A stretch of DNA of 64,000 bases, from NCBI GenBank assembly GCA_965183885.1, contig OZ238992.1, forward strand, positions 1,211,159-1,275,158, given 5' to 3'. The translations under genes were made by a program, and so were the position numbers. Positions 1 to 8,006 of the stretch are shown here, piece by piece (the stretch's first letter is position 1; each line of letters opens with the position of its first letter). Origin of the DNA: Flavobacteriales bacterium (GTDB taxonomy: Bacteria; Bacteroidota; Bacteroidia; Flavobacteriales; BACL11). A model generated the notes under the pieces. The model had not been told where the DNA came from. It was given only the letters and a program-made list of their open reading frames with translations, and ran no database searches.

Positions 1-2
1 GC

Positions 3-242
3 AACGCAACTGACAGCCTTACCAATGAGGCAATGCAGATGTTTGAGCAAGACAAAAAGGAGTTCCCCAAACGACTGGCCAAACAAAAGCAAAATGCACC
101 CAAGGGCAAAAAGATAAAGCTTGACAATGGAAAGCAATTGAAGCTAGTAAAGCTTCGAGCAAAGGCAATTCTTATAAAGCAGAAACAGCTTCGAGCAGTA
201 GCCGGGCTTGGTACTCATCCTAAAATCAAGACCATACTATGA
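3..242 (+). CDS. C-terminal fragment of a phage-like protein (5' end outside the window)
   Basis: The frame of ORF 33..242 stays open back to base 3, so Met33 is probably internal. The tail is Lys/Gln-rich. The stop overlaps the next start (ATGA at 239-242), indicating translational coupling. Confidence 0.5.
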   Translation, partial: NATDSLTNEAMQMFEQDKKEFPKRLAKQKQNAPKGKKIKLDNGKQLKLVKLRAKAILIKQKQLRAVAGLGTHPKIKTIL

Positions 243-2551
243 CCGAGAAGCAATTCTATAAAAAGTACAAGGCCATTCACAAGGATATTCGTACCAAAGG
301 AAAATCAAAGGCTTCCATTATAGCCAATGGTTTTAAGGAGGGTGTTAATATCAATGCTTTGCCCATCTATAAGGGTTTTGAGAAGGAAACGAACATTGTC
401 CGTAAACGCTATAACCCCAAGAGTGGTGACTTTGTTTGGATTTTACCCAAACAAGGATTCATTGAAGGGAGAAATGGCTACAAAACAAAGCATGGTTACA
501 AGCCAAATATCAATGATGGTTTCTTTATAGTCAGTGATAATTGGTCATTATATGAAAACTACTGTGCCAACTTAGCAATACCCAATGATAACCTTGGAGA
601 TATTGACCAGGAGGTAAAAAAAGCCCTACAGGATAAGCAGAAAAATAAGGCATTTAAGGATGCCGGGAAGCGTGTACATGGCTCACGAAAAGAACAAGCC
701 ATGTATGATAAGCTTATCAGTAGTAGTGATTTGAACAGCATTGAACAGGATGAAGCCACAGCCATTGAGCTTATAAAAAAGGATAAAGTATTTCCAAAGG
801 TTGACCCACAGGCTGAAAAGGAAAACGGTACAGATTCAGGTTGTGCTTTTCTAAAAACGAAAGTGAGGGCAGCATTTCCGCAAAAGCCATATAAAGCTAC
901 CAAAGAAGCTAGAGAGCAATATGTGCGGATGGCAGAAGCTTTTGGTAGTATTTTGAGTAATGCTATTTCCATTGATGACTTAAAAGAATTGGAAAGGGTT
1001 GCCAATGGTGGAGAAATTATTCCCAATACCGATTTTGGTTTAGTATTCGGTAAGCCACTTCGCAATATCGTTTTTACCATAAAGGGGTATCGTACTACCA
1101 AAGCTGTTAAAGAGACTTTTCTTAAAGCACATCAATATTCAGGTATCACTAAAGAGCAAGCAGAACCCCATGCAGCGAAGTTGAAACACTTGATGGAAAT
1201 AAAAATCAAACGTCAAAATGACTGTATTGATTCTGCTTATCGAATTATTACTAAAGCGGATATGAAACGCCACAAACAAAACGACCTTACATTTAGTGGC
1301 GGAATGTTGAACAGTATTAGAAACGAAGAGGACTACGTTAAGTATGTTGTTCAGGTTTGTACACGATTTATTAATGATGCCAAGAGAGAATACAACGAGC
1401 ATAAAGAACGATTCCCATACAAAGAATTTAAGCCTGATTGGAGTTGGTCTGAGCCTAAAAAAACAAGCAAGGCAAAAAGTAGCACCAAACCCAAAATAGA
1501 AGCTGTACCACTATCATACATCAAACGCACAGGTGGTTTATTGATTGAAGAAGCGGATGAAAATACGGTTATCAAAAAGCTGCATTTTAAATCACTCACA
1601 TTAGGAAATTACGTAAAGGATGATGAAGCCAGGGAACACATTCGCCACTTTGTCGCTGCCATTGTTGATTTATGCGAAGTACTTGATATCAACCTATCCA
1701 TAAATGAAGCCCTGGCTATTGCTTTTGGTGCATTCGGTCGTGGTGGTAAAGCTATGGCAACCTATTATCCAACACGTCAGCTCATCAACCTGACCAAACG
1801 AAACGGTGATGGTTCAGTAGCTCATGAGTGGGGACACTTCTTTGACCACTATTTAAATGGTTTAGAATTATCAACAAAACCACTTCGTTCTGAAAGCTAT
1901 CTAAACACCATTATTGAAAGTTTAGGCTATAAAAAGAAATACTTTATCGGTGGTAAGTCTTCACCAACGCAAGATTGGTTCAAGGATATTTTAAAAACAG
2001 CTATTAAGAAGGCTGTTCCTGACACCATAATGCACCAGGGCATTGCTCAATTAATTGTAATGCTTCGCTTTGGGTATTACGCTTTAGAAGATAAAGCGGT
2101 TAGCTACAATGATTTTGATGAGACTAAGAAACGTAGAACTGACAGCTACCTATATCACTACTCTAAACTTCAAGGTGCTTATTGGAAGGACGTTGCCGAG
2201 CTGTTTGCCAGAAGCTTTGAATGCTATGTGTATGACAAGCTAAAGGAAAAAGACCGGGTAAATAACTACTTGGTTTCAGGGGGTATGTTTACTCATCCTG
2301 TTTATCCACAGGGCCAGGAACGCATCTACATCAATAAGTGCTTTGACAATCTGATTTATGCGGTAAAGAAACATTTATCCATTAAGTCATTCGAGCCATT
2401 TACCAACCAACGAGCCGATGAGTACATCGACCTTACCGAGAAAGGTAGTGTGAACAAAGGCGTGATAGTTGGCAAGCAGCGCAAGTTAAAGCTTGCCAAA
2501 ATAAGGGCTAAAGCCATAAGAATTAAACAACAACAATTAAAAATATCGTGA
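239..2551 (+). CDS. large phage/ICE polyvalent-like protein with zincin HExxH metallopeptidase motif
   Basis: 770-aa ORF. HEWGH lies at nt 1823..1837 (H529/E530/H533) in the context GDGSVAHEWGHFFDHYL. Downstream is ELFARSFECYVYD. The upstream block FKSLTLGNYV...AIAFGAFGRGGKAMATYYP resembles metallopeptidase/LPD modules of polyvalent proteins, recognised from memory and not searched. Confidence 0.6.
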   Translation: MTEKQFYKKYKAIHKDIRTKGKSKASIIANGFKEGVNINALPIYKGFEKETNIVRKRYNPKSGDFVWILPKQGFIEGRNGYKTKHGYKPNINDGFFIVSDNWSLYENYCANLAIPNDNLGDIDQEVKKALQDKQKNKAFKDAGKRVHGSRKEQAMYDKLISSSDLNSIEQDEATAIELIKKDKVFPKVDPQAEKENGTDSGCAFLKTKVRAAFPQKPYKATKEAREQYVRMAEAFGSILSNAISIDDLKELERVANGGEIIPNTDFGLVFGKPLRNIVFTIKGYRTTKAVKETFLKAHQYSGITKEQAEPHAAKLKHLMEIKIKRQNDCIDSAYRIITKADMKRHKQNDLTFSGGMLNSIRNEEDYVKYVVQVCTRFINDAKREYNEHKERFPYKEFKPDWSWSEPKKTSKAKSSTKPKIEAVPLSYIKRTGGLLIEEADENTVIKKLHFKSLTLGNYVKDDEAREHIRHFVAAIVDLCEVLDINLSINEALAIAFGAFGRGGKAMATYYPTRQLINLTKRNGDGSVAHEWGHFFDHYLNGLELSTKPLRSESYLNTIIESLGYKKKYFIGGKSSPTQDWFKDILKTAIKKAVPDTIMHQGIAQLIVMLRFGYYALEDKAVSYNDFDETKKRRTDSYLYHYSKLQGAYWKDVAELFARSFECYVYDKLKEKDRVNNYLVSGGMFTHPVYPQGQERIYINKCFDNLIYAVKKHLSIKSFEPFTNQRADEYIDLTEKGSVNKGVIVGKQRKLKLAKIRAKAIRIKQQQLKIS

Positions 2552-2552
2552 T

Positions 2553-3419
2553 ATGAAACTTACAGTTAAAAACTACAAAGAAGTCACCAAAAATATTGAT
2601 TTCAAGAAGTTGCCGGAAGCAGCACAGGAAGCACATAAAGAGTTTGATTCATTTGCCGATTTCTACAATGAGGATAAGGACATCAAAGAAATGCTTGACA
2701 ACCACTTTAAGATTGTTGAGCCGTATTTAAAGGGTTCAGAAAAGAAAAGTTCTACACGCAAGAAAGCACCAACGAAGAAGGCTTCTGCTTCGTCACAAAA
2801 ATCGTCAAAAAATGTGACGAAAAAGGCTGCACCCAAGAAAGCTTCAACAAAGAAAACAGCAGCACCTAAACAGGCACAACGCAAGCCTATCGAAGTTGAC
2901 TTAATGCCCTTAGAAATAAAAATTATCAGGCGTTACCTCAATTTTCACAATAAGAGGGTAAGCGAACGTCAGATATCACTATTGTATAAGGTTATTCAAA
3001 AGGCAGCTACAGAAAAGACTATTCGTAAATCAAGCAAATATGCAGCTGAGATTAAGAGTATAGGCAACGACCTCATTAAAACATACAAGGCAATGGATGG
3101 GACTTGCAAGTTTGAAATACCTAATGCATTATACAACAAGTTGAAAAATATAGTTGATGATTATGGCGTAACTCCGGCAGTTGCTCTGATAAAACGTTTC
3201 ATTAATCTGTATGGTAACATCACGAAAGCAAAAGCCCAACGACTATTAACAACAGTTACCAATTCATTGAAAAATGGCAAGGTCAAGAAATCTGAAAAAG
3301 AATACGACCAGGTAAAGAATGTTCAAAAGCATCTAAACGATTATCTGGAGAGCGATAAATTACTTGTCACTAATGTTCAGCTTAAAGGTTTACAAGGTAT
3401 TGCAGGATTGGGAAAGTAA
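2553..3419 (+). CDS. Lys/Ala/Ser/Thr-rich (histone H1-like tract) phage protein, function unknown
   Basis: 288-aa ORF starting 1 nt after the previous stop. Low-complexity basic tract KKSSTRKKAPTKKASASSQKSSKNVTKKAAPKKASTKKTAAPKQAQRK at about nt 2739..2883. Confidence 0.5.
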   Translation: MKLTVKNYKEVTKNIDFKKLPEAAQEAHKEFDSFADFYNEDKDIKEMLDNHFKIVEPYLKGSEKKSSTRKKAPTKKASASSQKSSKNVTKKAAPKKASTKKTAAPKQAQRKPIEVDLMPLEIKIIRRYLNFHNKRVSERQISLLYKVIQKAATEKTIRKSSKYAAEIKSIGNDLIKTYKAMDGTCKFEIPNALYNKLKNIVDDYGVTPAVALIKRFINLYGNITKAKAQRLLTTVTNSLKNGKVKKSEKEYDQVKNVQKHLNDYLESDKLLVTNVQLKGLQGIAGLGK

Positions 3420-3436
3420 ATGCCACTACCAATATT

Positions 3437-4069
3437 ATGCCCAAAGGTAGTGGCTCAAATAGCAGGGCAATAACCCGAAGCACCACAAGAACAACAGCTA
3501 TAGCATCCAACCAGGTTGTATTGGCAAATGACCTTGCCAAGATGAATTTTAAGACCATCTCTATTAGGGGTAAGTTCGGTAAGTTGTTAGGCAAACTGTA
3601 TGTACCATTCTATATAATGATTTATGGTTCACGTTTTCATGGCAAGAGTACGGTTGCTTTAATGTTTGCTGATGAATTAGTAAAGCAACATGGACATAAA
3701 GTGCTTTACGTTGCTAATGAAGAGGGTGCAAAAGGTACGATGCAGGAGAAAGTTGTGAGATTGGGTATCAATAGCCCAATAGGAATTATAGAGGACTACA
3801 CCCCCAAACTGTTCAAGGATTATGATGTGGTTTTTATCGACAGCACCCAAACAACAGAAGTATCTCATGAGGAATTGGTAGAGTTAAAAAAGCAGTTTCC
3901 ACGAACCTCATTTGTAATTATTAATCAGGCAAATCGTGACGGCACATCGAAAGGTGGAACGAAATACGAGCATTTAGTCGATGCCATTATGCACATCGAA
4001 AATAAGAGTGCAACAATGGAGAAGAATCGCTTTCCGGAGGGTAGTCAGGAAACCATTAATATATTTTAA
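3437..4069 (+). CDS. RadA/Sms-core-only RecA-superfamily ATPase (Sak4-like)
   Basis: Walker A GSRFHGKST and Walker B VVFIDS. NQANRDGTSKGGTKYEHLVDAIMHIE aligns by eye to RadA GHVTKDGslAGPkvLEHxVD. KNRF matches the RadA KNRFG motif. There is no Zn finger or Lon-like domain. An alternative start is Met36 (nt 3542). Confidence 0.65.
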   Translation: MPKGSGSNSRAITRSTTRTTAIASNQVVLANDLAKMNFKTISIRGKFGKLLGKLYVPFYIMIYGSRFHGKSTVALMFADELVKQHGHKVLYVANEEGAKGTMQEKVVRLGINSPIGIIEDYTPKLFKDYDVVFIDSTQTTEVSHEELVELKKQFPRTSFVIINQANRDGTSKGGTKYEHLVDAIMHIENKSATMEKNRFPEGSQETINIF

Positions 4070-4071
4070 GT

Positions 4072-4404
4072 ATGGAAGAAATGACAATTAAATTCTATTG
4101 GGTAGTCATTGCTGGGTTCAGCTCACTTATTGTAGGCGTAGTCTCTTTCGTTATTCGCAATGCCATTTCAAGAAATGCCACAAAAGAAAGCGTTGAAGCT
4201 AAAACCGATTTACTTGAAAAAGATATTCTGCACCTCACAAAAGAACTTGAAGGAGCTGAAACCAAGTTTACCATACTTCATAAACGAGTATCGGATTTAA
4301 GGGATAGTTCTAAGGAAATATATGTCAGTAAAGAGCTGTTCCATCAAACAATAAAGCAGCTTAACGAGAAGCTCGATACCATATTAAAATTTGTAGAACG
4401 ATGA
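4072..4404 (+). CDS. small N-terminal-TM plus coiled-coil protein (lysis accessory or holin-like candidate)
   Basis: 110 aa with a single hydrophobic segment (FYWVVIAGFSSLIVGVVSFVI) followed by a charged helical region. The ATGA overlap with the next gene and its position immediately upstream of the holin-like and muramidase genes support the call. Confidence 0.4.
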   Translation: MEEMTIKFYWVVIAGFSSLIVGVVSFVIRNAISRNATKESVEAKTDLLEKDILHLTKELEGAETKFTILHKRVSDLRDSSKEIYVSKELFHQTIKQLNEKLDTILKFVER

Positions 4405-4823
4405 GAAAGTTATTTGGAAAGATAATTAACGCAGGAGCTGCGGAAACCCTAAGAGAGGGAACAAAGCTCATTGATGAAATTTTTACCACGAAAGAAGAAA
4501 AGCTTCAGGGAAAAATGGAGCTATTTAAGATGGCAGTAGCAGACCGAGATTCAGCACGAACCATGTATTCTAACGATAGCTGGCTACAAAAGATGTTTGC
4601 AATCTTCTTTCTTGTTGCATGGTGTGGCTTGACTTTCGTGATGCTCAACTACTTTGTTTTTCAAACCATCGAATTACAGGATTGGCAAATCGCTTTTATA
4701 AGCAGTATCAACGGTGGAATCTCCACCAAATTAAGCACGATAATAGACTTCCTTTTTGGTGGCTCAGTATCGGCAGTAAATAATATAAAACTTAAAAACA
4801 GACGTAAAAATGAAAACATTTGA
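4401..4823 (+). CDS. holin-like membrane protein (resembles the 3-TM GTA-type holin family)
   Basis: 140 aa. A soluble N-terminal region with a DRDSAR motif is followed by hydrophobic segments (MFAIFFLVAWCGLTFVMLNYFVF, IAFISSINGG..IIDFLFGG). It overlaps the muramidase gene by 14 nt. Confidence 0.45.
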   Translation: MRKLFGKIINAGAAETLREGTKLIDEIFTTKEEKLQGKMELFKMAVADRDSARTMYSNDSWLQKMFAIFFLVAWCGLTFVMLNYFVFQTIELQDWQIAFISSINGGISTKLSTIIDFLFGGSVSAVNNIKLKNRRKNENI

Positions 4824-5373
4824 TGAATTGTTTGATGGAGTAATCAAACACGAAGGCTACTATGCCAACGTAGAGGGCGACCGTGGTGGGGAAACCTACA
4901 TGGGTGTTGCCCGAAACTTACATCCCGATTGGGAAGGCTGGAAATATATTGATGCCTACAAAGAAACCTACGGCAAAATCAAATGGAACTTCAAAATAGA
5001 CGTTCCGGAACTGACACAGCTCGTTAAGGATTTTTATAAAAAGACTTTCTACGAGAAGTTCAGAATAGATGGTGTCCTTGATGGCTCATTACAAGAAATT
5101 ATCTTTGATTGGTGTGTCAATAGTGGTCATTGGGGAGCCAGAGGTGTTCAGCGTGTACTTAACCAATTCTTTGATGAAGATTTGAAGATGGATGGTATTA
5201 TAGGCTTTAATACACTAACGGCTATCAACATTCACGAACCCAAAGATTTGTTTTGGGAGATTAAAAAAGCAAGAATCCGCTATTACCATAAGATTGCTAA
5301 AAAAGGTAAAAATCACCTTTTTTTAGAAGGTTGGTTAAAGCGGATTGGTAAGATAGAATTTGTAAAGGAATAA
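4810..5373 (+). CDS. GH108-family N-acetylmuramidase (endolysin) with C-terminal peptidoglycan-binding domain
   Basis: The N-terminal VIKHEGYYANVEGDRGGETYMGV matches the GH108 signature (hEGGy..d..DpGG.T..Gi). DLKMDGIIGFNTLTAIN resembles the PG_binding_3 motif. No signal peptide. Confidence 0.8.
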   Translation: MKTFDELFDGVIKHEGYYANVEGDRGGETYMGVARNLHPDWEGWKYIDAYKETYGKIKWNFKIDVPELTQLVKDFYKKTFYEKFRIDGVLDGSLQEIIFDWCVNSGHWGARGVQRVLNQFFDEDLKMDGIIGFNTLTAINIHEPKDLFWEIKKARIRYYHKIAKKGKNHLFLEGWLKRIGKIEFVKE

Positions 5374-5398
5374 AATACCCCTCTCGAAATACAAATAA

Positions 5399-6649
5399 TT
5401 ATTCCCCCTTTGAAAATGCAGTTAAATGTTTCGCCACTTCTTTTTTTGTTTCATCCTCAAAACTATCAAGGTATAGCTCAGTTGTTCTTAGGCTATTATG
5501 TCCTAAACTTTCCCCGATGTATTCAGTTGAAACTCCTGAACGTTTTAGTACAGTCGAGAAACTATGCCTTGCAGTATAAGTAGTCACAGTTTTGTCAATA
5601 CCTACTTCAGTCGCAATTTTTTTCATGTGGTCATTTGTTCTTTTTATAAGCCTGTCTAAACCTCGTCTTATCTGCTTTTCGGTCATATCTTCATTGATGA
5701 AACGAAAAATATAGTTTTCTGGAGAGCGGTCTTTATTTCCCCATTTGTCAATTAGCCTTTTTAAATCATCAGTATAAGCAACACTTATTGGTTTGGATGA
5801 TTTAGTAGTCTTTCTCGTTTTTCTTCGAATAAAAGTAATGAACTCATCATCAACATTCTTATATTTTAATCTTATAATATCGTTCATATTCGCCCCATTA
5901 AGAAGGTAACTGAATAACCACAAATCTTTAGCCTCGTCACGATATGAAAACTCCTCACATTCGTAGTTGTATATCTTTTCGATTTCATTCATTTTTAAAG
6001 CTCTCTTTATATTTTGACTTGAGGGAAGCTTGTAACCACCTTCACCAAATGGGTAAATATCTTTTGAGATAGCTCCCTCACGTTGGGCAATCTTGAATAT
6101 TGTTCTAGTCGAAGCCATATAAGTTTTAATTGATGACATGGAAAGGTCTTGGGCAGTCATCCATTGCTCAAACTTTTCTAATTCGTGTACAGTTAATTCT
6201 CTAAAGTCAACTTGATTGCTACCAAAATATTTTTTCATGGTTCTCATTGCTGTTGTGAATTGTGCCCAACTACACCATTGGTCATTATCACCAAACTCTT
6301 TGATACGTCTTTCAAAATAGAATAGGATATTTGTAAGGTCACCTCCAGCAATACCAAATTTTGTTTTAAATTGCCTAAATGAAAATGTTTCCATAGAGCC
6401 AATTATCTTATTGGCTTTATCTTCAATTAATGAAAACTCCAATTTGATGTCCTTAAAAACGCCTCTTGGTTTTGGAGCAATAACTTTATTGAATTCTTCG
6501 GGTGTAAATTCATAAACACGTTCTTTATTATCAATGCTGTAATACATTTGTTTTCGGTTGAATGTAACCCTTAGTTTAGCAGGATGCTTACCATTCTTCT
6601 TCGTTTGTCCTTTATATAAAACTATTGATGTAGTAACTTTTGCTCCCAT
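5399..6649 (-). CDS. tyrosine recombinase/integrase, Bacteroidota IntDOT-like type
   Basis: 416 aa. The C-terminal catalytic region is TYTARHSFSTVLKRSGVSTEYIGESLGHNSLRTTELYL (R-H...H...Y). FIRRKTRKT forms the beta-hairpin Lys region. N-terminal arm-binding and SAM-like regions are typical of Bacteroidota integrases. Confidence 0.9.
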   Translation of the reverse strand: MGAKVTTSIVLYKGQTKKNGKHPAKLRVTFNRKQMYYSIDNKERVYEFTPEEFNKVIAPKPRGVFKDIKLEFSLIEDKANKIIGSMETFSFRQFKTKFGIAGGDLTNILFYFERRIKEFGDNDQWCSWAQFTTAMRTMKKYFGSNQVDFRELTVHELEKFEQWMTAQDLSMSSIKTYMASTRTIFKIAQREGAISKDIYPFGEGGYKLPSSQNIKRALKMNEIEKIYNYECEEFSYRDEAKDLWLFSYLLNGANMNDIIRLKYKNVDDEFITFIRRKTRKTTKSSKPISVAYTDDLKRLIDKWGNKDRSPENYIFRFINEDMTEKQIRRGLDRLIKRTNDHMKKIATEVGIDKTVTTYTARHSFSTVLKRSGVSTEYIGESLGHNSLRTTELYLDSFEDETKKEVAKHLTAFSKGE

Positions 6650-7246
6650 ACAAATTGTTTTTCGTTTTTTTACTATATTGTACTACCCTTATTTACTGGG
6701 CTTTTTGTATGTTTTAGTTCATATACTTTCTAACATACAAATACATGTCAAATATAGTAATTTTGGGTAATATAACGAATTTAGAAACTGGCTAAAAGAT
6801 TGAAAACGAACTATTAAGCACTATTGAGAAATATAAAGTAAGTAATGTACAATGTATAAAGAACATAAGTGGCTCAGTGCAACCTGACAGGTAAGCGCTT
6901 CGAAATCACTTACGTTTCTTATATTAACCGTTGCCAAAATTAAATACTTAAACTAAGAAATTTAAAATGCTGAATAATGGCATTAGAATCTAACATTAAA
7001 AAGTTTGATATTTGACCATCTCTTCCCACAAAAACCTCATCTATACGGGGGTATAGATTTCATATAAGGTTTATGCTATATCTTTAAGTTTAAACATCTT
7101 TAATAATTTTTTAGCTAGGTTAAATGCTTTTTTGTAACATTGCATATAACCGTTAATTAGTGCTAATTTTAAAATAGTTTGTTGAAAATTACAGGAATCT
7201 ATTTCAGTACGATATAAAGCCTAATCATTAACTAATATAATTACAA

Positions 7247-7975
7247 ATGGAGAGAAAACTATTTACTGAAAAACATATGTACATTTCAGCATTCCTTGCT
7301 GGACCAATTCCACCAGGATTTCTGATGTACAAAAATTATCGTAGACTTGGTAAAAGAAGGCAAGCATACATTACTCTTATCACAACTTTAATATTTACAG
7401 TTGCATTCCTCTACGGAATATTTCAAGTTCCAGAGGATATAATAGATAAAGTTCCAAGTTTTGTATTTACGGCATTATATGGAATGATTGTGTATGTGTT
7501 TTTTAGAAATTTTATGGCTAAAGATGTCAATGAAGCATTTGAGGCTGGTGCCGAGAAGGAATCCGGTTGGACTGTAGTTGGAATAGCAGTGTTAGGATTG
7601 GTATTAACTCTTGGGACAGTATTAGGGTTTGCAATTCAACAGCCTTTTTATAAAGGAGAGGTAGTTAATATAGATGGGAATGAGTTGTATTATAATTCTA
7701 ATTTAATTCCAATTGAGGATGCAAATAAGGTCGTAAAGCAATTTAAAATGAATGATTTTTTTGGAGCTGATTATGGGAATATTGCCAGAATACAATTAAT
7801 TAAGGAAGGGTATATTATAACCATGGTTGTAGATGAACAGCTTTGGGGTGATTCAGAAATAGTAAGTACCATAAACAGTATAAAATTAGTATTGAAAATT
7901 GAGCTTGAAAAACCAATAAGATTAAGATTAGAATCAGTTTCATTATCAGGAAAATCTAAATATAAAGAGATATAA
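7247..7975 (+). CDS. membrane protein of unknown function (about 4 TM segments plus a soluble C-terminal domain)
   Basis: 242-aa ORF with hydrophobic segments in the first 130 aa. No motif recognised. Confidence 0.45.
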   Translation: MERKLFTEKHMYISAFLAGPIPPGFLMYKNYRRLGKRRQAYITLITTLIFTVAFLYGIFQVPEDIIDKVPSFVFTALYGMIVYVFFRNFMAKDVNEAFEAGAEKESGWTVVGIAVLGLVLTLGTVLGFAIQQPFYKGEVVNIDGNELYYNSNLIPIEDANKVVKQFKMNDFFGADYGNIARIQLIKEGYIITMVVDEQLWGDSEIVSTINSIKLVLKIELEKPIRLRLESVSLSGKSKYKEI

Positions 7976-8006
7976 AAGAAAGGAAAAACGATGAGTTTTT
8001 TCTATT

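Larger units (their letters stand above)
1..6770. mobile_element. right-hand end of an integrated prophage-like element (left end outside window, right boundary approximate)
   Basis: The block is an overlapping or coupled plus-strand operon ending in a lysis cassette, followed by a convergent integrase. G+C is visibly higher than in the flanking core genes. A 600-bp AT-rich non-coding stretch follows the integrase. Confidence 0.6.

Noticed and set aside
559-1599. Antisense ORFs of 180, 87 and 82 aa (559..1101, 1139..1402, 1351..1599) inside the 770-aa phage gene
   Set aside because: They lie entirely within a well-supported plus-strand gene. Their composition is low-complexity and Ser/Leu/Phe-rich, typical of mirror-frame ORFs. 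They have no motifs and no independent start context.
5399-6649. The integrase box I reads NGANMND where most tyrosine recombinases have G-x-R-x-x-D/E, so the first catalytic Arg appears to be missing
   Set aside because: As far as I recall, IntDOT-family Bacteroidota integrases are known to lack the canonical first Arg and to supply it from another position. The RRKTRKT segment is a plausible donor here. This is therefore likely a family trait and not a sign of pseudogenisation. The alignment was done by eye.
6871-6925. Possible tRNA 3' fragment (GTAAGCGCTTCGAAATCACTTAC) that might mark a tRNA-type att site
   Set aside because: The stem/loop does not fit a T arm (loop too long, no GTTCRANYC consensus) and no acceptor-stem complement follows. 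It has no similarity to the tRNA-Gln at 17546.
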